From Oikopleura dioica (Eukaryota; Animalia; Chordata), in NCBI GenBank assembly GCA_907165135.1, contig OU015569.1:5394001-5458000 (forward strand): a stretch of 64,000 nt of DNA. The letters are read 5' to 3'. Position 1 is the stretch's first letter. The number at the start of each line of letters is the position of its first letter. Below the pieces are notes generated by a model. It had not been told where the DNA came from. It ran no database searches and was given only the letters and a program-made list of their open reading frames with translations. The translations under genes and the position numbers were made by a program. Of the stretch, positions 11,951-24,118 are shown piece by piece.

Positions 11951-12765
11951 CTATCATTATGTCGCCGAATTTACTGTTTTCCATTTTGCTTTAAAAATTG
12001 GCGCCGCGGAACGGCACACATTTCTATTTCCCTCGTGACATGATAATTTAGCGTTATCGAAAACCTGGATCCAAACACAAAGAGTCGCAGAGGGTCATGG
12101 TTCCGTCTCCCTGCCCTTTTTTCGAAGAATGTCGGATCGTCGACACTCAGGAAGAAGTCCTCAACGTGGGACAGCTCTTCATTGGATGATCCGATCGACG
12201 TGGACTACCCGTCAAGGTAAGTCGAACGTAAGAAATCTGAATGAGTTTTATTTAGTTCTGATTCCAGTTGTTCTAGTTCCTTTCGTTCAACAGGCAAGGG
12301 TTGATGCTCCTTTGAATTTTGCACTCTTTTCTCGCGAGACGAGGTGTCTCAGTTTCTATGGGAATGATCTTGTGAGACAGAATCACTGACTTTTCATGGA
12401 AAGTAAAACAAACGCACCCCGAGCGATTTCACGGGCAATCCACTGTCCATCTACTTAGCCTTGAATGCTCAACCGTTCCAAAAGCCTCCTGCTACCCTAA
12501 GTACGCCGAATCCACACGCTGCCCAAGAACCGAAATAGACCCAATCTCGAAATCAAGGAGGAAAACAATCCTATAAACTCACAATTTGACCCTGAAACAA
12601 CATTCCCACTACAGTTCAAATATTTTATAAAGACTCGAAAATATTTATGTTCTTACAAATTGAAGAAATTAATATGGACAGAATCAATATCGACGAAAAT
12701 GTCAAAAATATTTTTTATGAAAATATAGTTTATTTATAAAAATTGTCAGAGAAAAAGGGAAGAAA

Positions 12766-13590
12766 TCATTTTGGCTCGTACGTATCTAACCATTTGAAGG
12801 AACCTTTGCGTCGGTGAGCGTCACAGGCGACCCGGTCAGTCAACTTTCTGCCGTACGTATCGATGGAAGGCATCTTGGGAGAAGAGATTCTACGGTCACC
12901 TTCCATTTTTTCTGGATGAGGAACAGTGTAGTCCGCCTTATTGGTTGTTTCGTAGCGCTGCGTCTTGAGTTTATGCTGACGGGCTTGCACTTCCTGCCAA
13001 CGAATGCATTTGTGGTCGAGAGTGGTTTTGGCGCGGTCGCCTCCCTCGGGCAGGTAGTTTTTTGCCATAAGACGGTAGCCGGTTCTGTCGACCATTCCCT
13101 GAATCAAACCATTAACAGTTACGGTAAGATTAAAGTTATTATCACCGTGGTTTTCGAAACAGGCTCATGGAATTGTTTTTGTTTGAAAGTTTCTTCAAGG
13201 CCTTCTTTTGTAGTAGAAATTGGGATTGTTGGTTTATCGAAACCAATGGTCTTGTAGCTAAATGTACAATAATAATTTAATAATAAATAAATTGTACGTA
13301 CGTAGCTAAATGTTGATTTCTGTCTCGATCGCGTACTGCTGTAACATCGTAGTCCTTTTATGGGCTTATTAGTGCCAGACGATTATCATCAAATTAAGCT
13401 AGTGGAAAACCGAGCCTTTGGTTCAGCCTCTCGAACGGAATGCCAATCGCTGTTCAAAGTTTTCGGGCCATAATGCATGTGCTCGCTCTTATAATATCTT
13501 GTAAGATCATAAGTTAACAGAGAGTTTACCTTGAGGCACAAGCTTCCCTTTCGCTCTTCGACCTTTTTCGGAATTCAAAATACACTTCAT
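12766..13590 (-). CDS. CFAP95: Cilia- and flagella-associated protein 95 (C9orf135)-like microtubule inner protein
   Basis: Exons encode VEERKGSLCLK|SEHMHYGPKTLNSDWHSVREAEPK...YKTIG...RYETTNKADY...RKGSFKWLD, collinear with remembered human CFAP95 ([34 protein letters not shown]...STYRRLG...TTYSEDY...NTWHD). The start codon is not resolved. Confidence 0.75.
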
Positions 13591-13647
13591 TTTACTATTT
13601 GTTAGAAACACGCAAACATATAAAAGTCAAAAATGGAATATTTTCAA

Positions 13648-14839
13648 TTATTCCTTTAATTTAGAAGTTGAGTTAGCAACTCCAAACTTAGGTACTGGAA
13701 TTGCCAGATTTTCGACCATCGCCTGGATCCCCTTTTTCCTCGAAGCCTCCTTCGATTGTTCCTCGCGTTCGCGCGCTTCCTCCTGTGCGTGAGTCCTCAA
13801 AATCTGCTTGAGCAAACGAGTCATGCTGCGCAATCTAAATTCAGAAAAAGTTGAAAGATTTTATGCTTAAATTAAATAGTGTGGATAAATTTAACAGCAT
13901 CCTTTTTAGCAGCGATGGGTGCATTTTGAAGGGGTGCGCTTCTTTTTGATTGATCCCTCCATAAGGTCTAGTTCTTTTCTGGTCTTTCGGGCATCTTCGA
14001 TCGTACTTTCAATTCTAGCACGAATCTGACAAGTGTTATCGTCATCTTTAACAAGAGATAGTTTCACCTTTAGTCCTTCATTTTGGAAATTCGACTGTTC
14101 GACTCTCAGATTCTGCATTTGCGCTTCAATCTCTCTTATCATCCTGTTGGTGTTCGTGAGCGAGCTCTCTAACTCGCTGAAAACTTCTTTTTGCTCCTTG
14201 AAGCGGTCGATTATGTACGAAGACTTCCCTCGAAAGGCTTGCTCGTTCGTTATCGAGGCGTTTAGAGTGGAGAGCTGCTCGTCTGCATTTTGTAAAAGCC
14301 GTCGTAAGCTGCGATTTTCCTCTGTCAAGGGTGGATGATAATATCGAGTGCGAAAGTTGTGTTATCTTGATTCAAACAATCCTATGGACCCATCGCCTGC
14401 CAGTTTATTTCGCTCATTGACCTGTCGGTTTAAATATTGAGTGGCGTTGTCCTTGTTGTCTTGCGCCACGCGGAGCTCCTCCCGCAGATAACTCTGCTTA
14501 AGCTCCTCTTGCTGGAAGGCCGCAGCCATTTGCTTATAAAAATCTTTATATTTAACATCACATTTAAATTTAAGAAGATTGGCAGTGACTTACGTTACGG
14601 GCAAATATGCGTAGGTCCTTTGCTTTTGAAGATAAGCCGTCTTTCGGCGTGTACGCTGGCAGATCGTTCATCATCAAAACTGGCATCGGAGCAAGTTGGC
14701 GAGGAACTTCGCAGTCGCAAGGGTGTGCCGTTGCCTATCGAACAGTCAGCTGCAGAAATTGTGTCAAGCAATTTACCTGCATTCGTGCTTTGGCGACTTG
14801 ATGGCTCAGTTCTGCTTCATCCTCGGTTAAATTTCCCAT
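13648..14839 (-). CDS. Coiled-coil protein of unknown identity, multi-exon
   Basis: ORFs 13906-14328 and 13648-13833 are E/K/Q/L-rich heptad-like sequence. Upstream exons (YKQMAAAFQQEELKQSYLREELRVAQ; MGNLTEDEAELSHQVAKARMQ) have GT-AG boundaries. Confidence 0.55.
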
Positions 14840-15244
14840 GGCTCAAACTGAGCTTGGTAAAGGAAAATAATTAAGCTCATAGAATAGTTCTAGAAAAAAA
14901 ACTTTTCTAGAAGAACTATAATTGGCGAATTTCTACACCAGATCAAAGGGACAAATTTTCTGGATAGCATTTTTAAATGTTTTTCTTGGAAGGTCTTCCC
15001 TTTTCGTCGGATCGATTTATTCTCTTTCAAAAAATCATTCATAAAGAGATATTTCCAGCTGATTCGCACACTTTTGCCATCCGACCAGTTCTCCCACGAT
15101 GAATCACTTACGGTCTTCTGGCGCGCTAATTCCTACTGGTTGCTGAACTAGCATTTTGGCGCGCGCCGCGTAAAATTTTCACGTGAACCTTTTTCGATCT
15201 TTTTTTTACTAAAATTTTTAAATTTAGACTGAGAAAAAACGAAA

Positions 15245-16155
15245 ATGGACCGATTAACTCTCGAAGATAAACCCTGCGAAATTTATTTCGCTGCTGCTCG
15301 ACTCGCAGACCAGGAACGGTTTCTTATAATTTACAAGATCTGAAATTTAATATCAGAAAGCACTCTTTTAATGATTAGGTTAAACAAAATTGGTAAGAGA
15401 CAGAAACTTTTAGGAATTAACAAAATATCTCCATGAGAAAAATTTCATAATTCAATTTGGTGGGAGATATTCCCAGGCTGTGACAAAAGACAGCAGGAAA
15501 CCGCTAAAGACTCCAGTTGGTAACGGCTTTTCGGTCAAGTTCCCGCACCAAGAGGCAACAATGATCCCGAACCCGATCGGCGAAGGAACAGATTCAAATT
15601 GAGCTCTTACTGTAACTAATTTGACGCCCGCCGTCAGCCCTCGCCGGCCATTATAATCTCGAATGTTTAATTTTGACTGTAATTGCTCGCTGAACTTGAA
15701 CAAAGACCGCATGCACAAGATAACGTTCATGAAGACGATCGGAGTCGTGGAGGCTCTGAAGATGGCGAAAGCGCGAGGCTACGAGGATTTTGAGGTATTT
15801 TTTTTTCTCTCTTTTCGTCGAAAACAATTCATTTTTAGTTCCACGCGAACTTCTACCCTCCACAACAGGAAGACTGGGAATTTCTAGAGGACAAATGCGA
15901 TGAGATGATGGCCCTCATCAAGGAGCTCAAAGTTAAGATGGTCGAGCGAAGAATGTATGGTCGCTTGCGAACAAGGAAGGATGGACAGTAAAATTCTGTC
16001 ACTTGGATTATTATATTTGTCCATCCTGAATAAGTGTCGAGCGAGAGGTTGATGCGGCTGCGCAGAAAGCCGCCGAAATCGATCAGAACCAGCAGCGAAT
16101 CGCCAATTTAATGATCGGCGGAAATGATGGGAACAACAACACGAAAATGGACTGA
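15245..16155 (+). CDS. Orphan multi-exon protein
   Basis: Exons joined by GT-AG sites give DRMHKITFMKTIGVVEALKMAKARGYEDFE|FHANFYPPQQEDWEFLEDKCDEMMALIKELKVKM...|VEREVDAAAQKAAEIDQNQQRIANLMIGGNDGNNNTKMD*. The 5' exon is uncertain. Confidence 0.5.
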
Positions 16156-16793
16156 TCGATTCTTATGGGAATATAACACTTCATTGCCACACTTATAACG
16201 TTCCCTTATGCACCCCACTTGCCCCTCTTTTCAGTAGTAGAATCGCTTGCTTCATTAAATTCTGCATTCGCAGCGGCTATATTATCGCAGGAACGCTCCT
16301 GACATTTTCTAGATTAAATCTGCGACTTGCTTTCTTGCGTATGTTCATTTTGCTTCCTGCCATTAGACAAGATACTATTTTTCTTTATTGTGCAAAAGAA
16401 GAAATATGGAATTGAGAGATCAGCATTTATTTGGGTTCTATTCAGATTTGAAAGCATCGAGTAAAACTGTTACTGGAGTGATGAAATGATTGCTAACGTA
16501 CGGACTTGGAAAGAAGCATTTTGACAATTGAAAAAAAGGAAAATTGTGTCTAGGGATCAATTTAAACTAGATTAGTTGAACTATGAGGAGAGCGCTAGAA
16601 ATCAACAGACAAAACAAAAAGGCGTTAATTAGTCTAAATGGGCAGAAAATGTCGATTCCAAAGGAATGGGATTTTCTCCGCCATTAAAAAGCCTAGCAGT
16701 GGTTCTCTCTCTTAACAGGAGGCCAACTGTAGCAGTGAAAAATTAAGGATTTCTCCAATTAGTTCGCTTTCAGAGTAGATTCGAGTGAGGTGA

Positions 16794-17830
16794 CTATAGC
16801 TGCCACCTGGCAGTGACAGTAGATCCACGGCGCTTCATCGCGTCAGTGTGCAACTGGAAGCGTATCCGAAAGTGATCAGGTAAATTTAGTGCCTTCTTGA
16901 AGTTGGTGCCGATCGAGAGCGCCTCTTTCCCGTCGGTGCCGACTTCGCCCGTCCACAACTGCAGTCGATCGGCGCGCTTGCGAACTTGCACGACAACGCC
17001 GTTTACACAGTCTCCATGCTCGCCAAACACTAAACACACTCATTCACTCACTGAAGCATTCAAAGGCACACTCACGCTCGCCGATGCAGGCAAGAAGCGA
17101 TTCCAACCAGCCGGCGTCCAAGTGTTCCTTCTGTTTCTTGCCCGTCTCGAGCACCCAGCTTCCTCCCTTGGCGTTTCGCACGTCCTCCCACTTGGGCGCA
17201 ATGCCCGATTTGAACACCATGTAGTCAGCGCCAATGTGTAGACGAGACGGAAGTGCTACATGGTGATATACTGCCCAAAAGTCTTCTACTGTGGAGAAGG
17301 TCATTATCTTTGTCATGCGTTCATCCCATTCCTTCGTCTGAAACAAATCAATCAAGCCACTGAAACTCTTTCCTTTTAGAATGCACGCATTGGTGACCTA
17401 TCAGTTCAAACGCCCGCTGGCTGCGATTCTCATGATCGGCGACGCAGGCTGCACCGCGTTCTACTTTTACTTTCCGAGCAAATTTCTCTCCCATAGATTC
17501 AAAATTAGTTACTACGTGATGTTCAATTATGTTTAGGCTGTGTCTCTACTGTTAAATTATTTTTAATTGTCTAGATTTGTCATTGTTAAAATTCACGAAT
17601 TCAGATAATTCTACCTTGTCTGCGGAGAGGTACCAGAAGTCCCAGCTGTTGTCAAGCGGGTGGCGAAGGTCGTCGTTCAGCAGAGCCTGCTCTGTCTTGT
17701 CGGCCTCGTTCGCCCCGTCGCCTTGGTTGTGGTTTTCGTCGTCATTGGAGTGGAAGAGTGCGGCCTTGTCCGCCACTTCCTCGGCCAACTGCTCAACACA
17801 CGTTTCCTCGCAGACGACCTCTTCTCCCAT
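16794..17830 (-). CDS. EIF4E: Eukaryotic translation initiation factor 4E, class I, 3 exons
   Basis: HPLDNSWDFWY, KEWDE (W56 equivalent), FSTVEDFWAVY, DYMVFKSGIAPKWED (W102 equivalent), GGSW, WLESLLACIGE, VNGVVVQVR, RLQLWT. Confidence 0.96.
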
Positions 17831-18506
17831 CTTCCCCTCTCTTTTTTTCTTTCTTTTTCTTCACTCCCGAAAATACTATAAGATGTCGCCCGCGCGAATT
17901 TCGTTGTGGAGGTGGGCCGCGATCTCCCCTCACCCGCCAACCATGTGACCCGATTTCACTCACAAAACAACCATTCCTCTCCTACTCATTCCATTCACAG
18001 CTGTCTACTTACACGTACTTCTTATCGCCCATATAGGCTTTATTTTGAACAAGACCCATTGCGTGGGCTTTTTCTACCAATTGAATTTCTATCTTCGTGT
18101 TCAAACGACTAGTTCGACCTTGATAATCGCTCATCTTGACCGCTAACAGTTAACTTGCCATTCTAGTGTTCTCCTACGAATATTTCAAGACCTTGTTCAC
18201 GAATGAACTCAAATAGCTCTCCAATTTAGCTTCATAGTGATCATAGCTTTATTTATTTTCCGGCTTTCCAATGAGAATTAATTAGACATGTTTCTATCAG
18301 ATTATTTTCGATTTAGTAATAATGATTTTTTGTCCGGTTTTGATCCGAATCCGTGCCCAAGTTGCCACGAAGTTGCGTGGAAGCTCTCGCCCAATCGTAA
18401 GCCGCCATCACTGCCCGTCCACGTTGAATAGGAAAATAATACGAAGACGAAATTTCTGAAGGAAAGATTTTCTTCCCGCCCGACAGAGAGACAAAACTGA
18501 GAAAAA

Positions 18507-19503
18507 ATGAAGCTCCTGAGAAGAATGCTCCCGATCGCCATTCTCGGACTGGCTCTTGTAGCTAGGGCGGAGGAGTTTGATGAAGGTAAGCCAGCAGATC
18601 GATACTAGGAGATTCTACGGAATTTTCGCTTTTGAGAAACTATTTTTATTGATTCGAGAAAGATGGGAAATTACTTTGATTTAATGATTTTAACTTCTTT
18701 TGTCAGAAGTTGGAGACGACACCGTGGAAGTAAATGACGTCTTGGACGAAGATGAGGGCGATGACATGGGAATCATCGACGAGCTCGAGGAAGAGTCGGA
18801 AGTTCAAATCAATACATACTGGCCGGAAGCAACAATTACTGCCGGCAAGGTTTCCGAAGTGCTTGTTTCCGTCAAGGTGAGCGATCTGCTTAGTTGAACT
18901 AGCATCAAGCGTTCCACTAGGTTGCATCCACCGCCATGAACCGATACCAATTCGGCATCATCGAAGGTGGCTTCCACTTTCCCCAAGACCAGAGCTACAA
19001 GGTGCAGAATTTCTCCTCGATCAAGTACAATCGTGACCTCGGATCCGGCCAAGAAGCAACTTTCCTTTACCCATTTGTTGCCGCCGAACTCGCCGGAGGA
19101 CGATCTTACGGACTCCAGATCAACCTCGCTTACGAAGCCGACTCCAGTAAGTCCAAAGAGCAGAAAACTTAATTCATTTTCTCCAAAAGCAGTTATTTAT
19201 CGATTGCATTCAGGCCCTCCTCGTCAAATGTTCGCATCTGTGGTTAACCAGACGGTCGAAGTTGCCGAAAACCTCGACAATGCCGCCGCCGAGCAGTTCT
19301 TTATCTTTTTGACGTTCGCTGCCTTCGCCGCTGTCGGCTTCTTCCTTTTCGCTTCCAAATTCTCGTCAAAGAAAAAGGCCGCTCCCGTGGAGGTCGGAAC
19401 CTCTGCCACTGCCGACGCCAGCTGGATTCCCGACATTCACATGAAGAAGAGCGCTACCACGCCGAAGACCTCTCCCCAGTCGCGCCGACGCAAGGTGGAG
19501 TAA
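18507..19503 (+). CDS. SSR1: Translocon-associated protein alpha (signal sequence receptor alpha)
   Basis: Signal peptide, acidic N-terminus, VQNFSSIKYNR...QEATFLYPF...YGLQINLAY, NQTVEVAE, one TM helix and an SWIP...KTSPQSRRRK tail, all typical of TRAP-alpha. Lies head-to-head with eIF4E. Confidence 0.93.
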
Positions 19504-21409
19504 TTTACTCGTCTACCATCGATTTTCACACCACCTGCGTGGCAAAATTAGTTCGATTTCACAATTTTAATTAATATTTCGTAAATTTTCCCTACATTCG
19601 GCCGACCTTCGTGCAATACGTTATTGTTTCTAATTCCCACTTTCCGACGCCATTGTACAAAAAAAACTAAACCTAGTTATATTATTATTTTTTCGTTGGA
19701 AGCATCACCTTCTGTTCTGACCCTAAGTTCGATAAACTTATTACTAGCTCGACAAAAATCTAGCAACAATTGATTCAATGAGTCTTGACGGTTTTATTAA
19801 TAAATTAAAAGATTCTTCCTTACATTTCCTCACCAGAAACACGCATTTGGACTTTCAGATATCCGTGTTTCTTTAGCGTCTTTACTGTTTTGCATTCAAA
19901 GTCATCTTCGGATTTGGAATAAGAGATTGATTGCTTTCTGAATGCAATTTTCGCGCAAAAAAAAGTAATCAAAGTCATCTTTTTCGCAATAAAATCAGTA
20001 ACAATCCACTACAAAGCTGCTTCTGAGGGCATCACTCGTTCTAGTTGCTTCAGTACGCAGTCTGCAAGTTAAACGAGAGCAAGAAATAGTTGTGGTCAAG
20101 TAGCCTAAATGTGTAGCATGAATTATTAGGAGCAACACTTCGCTAGAGTATTACCGATGGAGCACTCAAAATTTATTAATCCAGTAACAAGGAAGTCCTC
20201 GATCAGACGAGCGCAGCTATACAAGACGGACATAACGATACGTCATATTACACGTTATAAAACTTGTTAATTATCCATGGGATCGAAGTGATATAGCGAA
20301 GGGAGGAAAAACTCGTGGCCGGAAGGGGCCCATTCTATCGCGCGAGCGATCAGAATTTCAAGGCAGGCTCCATTAGGCGCAATTAGAAAAGAAATTGTTT
20401 TCGATTATTTTCTCTTTAAAGATAGGCTTCGGCTTTCGCCCGGCTCTATCTCGTTCTTGTGTTGAATAATTAACAACTTGGCAATGTCATTTCTTTTAGA
20501 GGCGCAGCACCACTCATCCGCGCTCGAGCACTAGTTAAACCTTTTTCATCCTTTTTTTTCTCCCTAAAATAAATATCGTGACATTCAAGAGAATAATGGG
20601 GATAAGAGATTCATGATATCTTCGGTGAAAAACTACCAAATCAAAGCTGTCAAAGGAAACCGGAGAAAATCAACGAAGTACTCTGAAAACATGTCGAAAA
20701 CTATATTTTCATACAAAAGGATTCATAACTCAAATAGGGTTAGGAGATCAAAAATTACTTACTTCGGATGGAGATAGCTCCAGTTTAGGATATGAAAAGA
20801 CTTACATCTGGAATACCGTCTTAGTAACACTGTTTTGACTAATTATAGCCGCTTGGATCAATATGAGCAGAGTAATTATTAGATTCTAATTGATAGGGCC
20901 AGAGCTTTGAAGCAGAGAATAGCGAATTAGTTGTATGACCCGGTCGATAAGCCGGAGTGCCTGATATCTCCACACTACGCGACCGATCACTCATTGAAGG
21001 TGCTTCTCAAACTGTCAGTGTATACACAATAGAACTAAAACCGTCTTCAGTATCCCCTAAATTTCTCAATGATAAGCAAAGCTTTACAAAGCATTTCAAA
21101 TAGTCAAAAAATAGTCGAGTTTAACAACCAAATTGGTACAGAAACGCATGAGAAAGTTCCTTTCATCTACAAAATAGACCATTAGACATTTACAGACATT
21201 AATTTATAGTAGAAAGTTTTTGGAAAGGAATGTAATCGAATTGACTTTTCCGCGCGTTAAATTTTGACATCTTAGCTCATGCTTCATTTGGCTGTTAGCA
21301 CAGCATTGCACCAGAATAGATGAGATGCTGAGTGTAATCTCAGCGCATCGGTATAATTTATCGGCATTTTGGATTTGTGCATCACGTGAATTAATAATGG
21401 AAAATTTTA

Positions 21410-23609
21410 ATACAGATTGCTTCTGAGGGTCATTTGCCCACGAGAGAATATTTGATGACATGTAGAATCTACATTGAGATCTTCCGAACTCGTGGGACCA
21501 TTGACGGCTCATTGTTTTGGTGTTACTTGGAAATGAGTGCTTTCAGCTGTTTTCTATATACAATAAATATTTAATTTTGAATGAATTGAGACAACAATAT
21601 CATGTTGTCTAAGAAAGAGGGAGGATGCACGCTAGAGGCGAGTGAATATTTAATAATGAAAATTTAGCTATCGCAATGATGTTTCAGTGGGTGGTAGAAA
21701 ACTCAGAACATGATCAGTAAATACATTTATTTAGGTGATGAGCTGCCATCTTTTTCTCCTTTGTGTTGGTGCATTGGAGGACGAGGGCCGCTAGCTTTCA
21801 TTTGGCGAACGGTTAAATATCAAATTCTTTTCAGCCTAATTCAACTAGCACTTCTTCGATCAGTGCCAAAAATCAAAAACCTTGCTCCACTCAAATAAGT
21901 GGTATTTAACCTGAAAAGACAACCGGAATCCTCCTCGTCTGTGTTCTTTCGCCTTTAATATCATTTACCGGTAAGGTCTTTTTTATCCCGTTCGGATTAT
22001 TAAGCTCATTTTCAGCCGATATTGCCTTTTATGTAACTTGCAATCAGATTTACATTGACGCCATAAGGAAAGTGACTTTCTCATTTTACTGATCTCGAAA
22101 TGAAAAAATAATGAAAGTCACGAAACAGTTCACTACTGCTAAATCAGAACCAAAACCAAAAACTCACGAATGGAAACAAGACCCTTCCATTTGACAGTTC
22201 GTCCTCTGTGGAGATCGCAACAGAATCAACTTTCACTTTTGAGCTGGCCGAAAAAGCAACGGAGAAGGCCAAGCTCCATATCAACCTTCCACCAGAATTC
22301 GATATAAACTCGATTGAAAGTAACAAGTAAGTTATTACTTGTATTAGCCTTGTATTTCCTCAAACGCTTTCTCAGGAGATTCTGTGACAATTTTTTGGAA
22401 AAGCTTCAAGACAAGGATACAGGCGGGACGATCAATGGACAAATACGGCGCTTTCGCCACCTGCTTGAGAATATTTATAAACCAGCGCTTATTATCGGAT
22501 GCGTGCTTTCCACAACATTGGAACGGTCAGAGCTCGGCTGCTAGAATAATTAGCGCAGGGCCTGTTCCGACCGCATAAAGTGCATGTTCTTCCGCGTAGT
22601 CGTTCTGGGATGCGGCCATTCTCATCTCATGTCAGGTCTGGCGTTGCATTATTAAATATAAACCACACGGTTAATCGCAATCTATTTCAACCAGCTACAG
22701 CATTCGTCGTTACTATGCTCTATAGTTGCTTACCTGTACTAACAGGCATAGTTTCCGTTAAAGGTGAGTCTGTGACAAATAAAAAGAAACAATACTAACA
22801 GATCTATAGCGGCTGGTTTTGTTTTTGGCAAAACTTCGATACCATGTCTTCTGGATCTCGTGGAGCAAGTGAATGCTCAATTTGCACCGCCGCCAAACAC
22901 GACTCCTCTACCTGATCCTTATCAAACTTTAAAATTGAATGCAAGGTAATTCAATGCTTGCTGAACCCTGTTTTTAAAGTTTCATAATTCAAGCGTTGTC
23001 GAGCAAGAAGATCGAGTAGCTCCAGAACTCGTTTGGTTCAGCTTTGCGTTTTTAACAAAAGCGATCGACAGTCTCGCGTCCGGGTAGGAGAACAAGACGT
23101 TTAACCGCAAGTTCAATATTCCTAGATATATGCTTTTCGTGGTTACATTTCGATCCTTTCTGAGGAAGCATGGCCACGAACATATCTGGTGGCACTTTGC
23201 GCGCGCGCTCGGAATCATCGTTGCATTAGTGGTCTGGATGTGTGTTATGCCACTGCTAGTTCTGGAACGGGTTCAGTAGATTAAAATAAATGCACATTTG
23301 AGCAATACATGAACTCCGCAAAAGTCGCCCTCGATAGGATGGGTCTTATTTGGAACGGACTGGTCGCAAGAAGACAAAGGACCGCCTTTTAGCCAAGACA
23401 TCTCATTTTTCGACAACAATATGCTCTGGGATTCGAACGTTACTTCCGCAATTTTCTACATAATCTTCATTATTTCCGGTAAGTTCTCATTTGATTTGAT
23501 AAATTGTTGACCGCTTAATAAATCAGCTGTATTGTGGGGCGTCATTCTTCTATTCGGCGCCGCTTACTTCATCTACCGATCCTATCTTTATAAACGAAGA
23601 CAGGAATGA
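21410..23609 (+). CDS. Unidentified multi-exon, multi-pass membrane protein
   Basis: A chain of short GT-AG-bounded exons encodes hydrophobic segments (ELVWFSFAFLTKAIDSL; WWHFARALGIIVALVVWMCVMPLLV; SAIFYIIFIIS|AVLWGVILLFGAAYFIYRSYLYKRRQE*). The 5' end is uncertain and may start near 20600. Confidence 0.4.
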
Positions 23610-24118
23610 TTCCAAATGACCGAAGAAACACGCCAAAATTACTTCAACTTTTCTCAAACACTTCAAATATTCTTGTATAAAGAGTATAAACAGTACTGTC
23701 ACTGCCATTTATTGCAGGAACGATTGGCCTTGGAGCGGGAAAATATCCCCAACGAAGGATCGTTAAATTTTTTAAAATGGTCTCATAAAATCTGTTCTTG
23801 CATCGACGAGTCAAGGATTTGATCGTGATCATTTCAAATTTGAATCAAGTTCACCTCAGGCCTCTTCGTTAGATTTTCATCGTTCTAAATTGACCTGCTT
23901 ACAAATCTTTTGTGATGAATTTTTGTTCGGACATCAACATATGGATTTAAATTTTAAAATCGGCTCATCCATGGTCATAAACGTAAGATCCGCCTTTCTG
24001 ACCGTTAATCGCCCACCTTTGACACGACTGGGCGCGAGAGAGTTACATTGAATGATAGTTTTTCCGTTTCATAAAATTTGAATAGTAAGAGAAATTTACA
24101 CTCAACTCTAAATCATCG

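Noticed and set aside
14883-14919. Imperfect AT-rich hairpin (ATAGTTCTAGAAAA...TTTTCTAGAAGAACTAT) and other isolated small hairpins (~8296, ~35324, ~40426)
   Set aside because: Isolated, short, with no TSD or partner repeat; expected by chance in AT-rich DNA.
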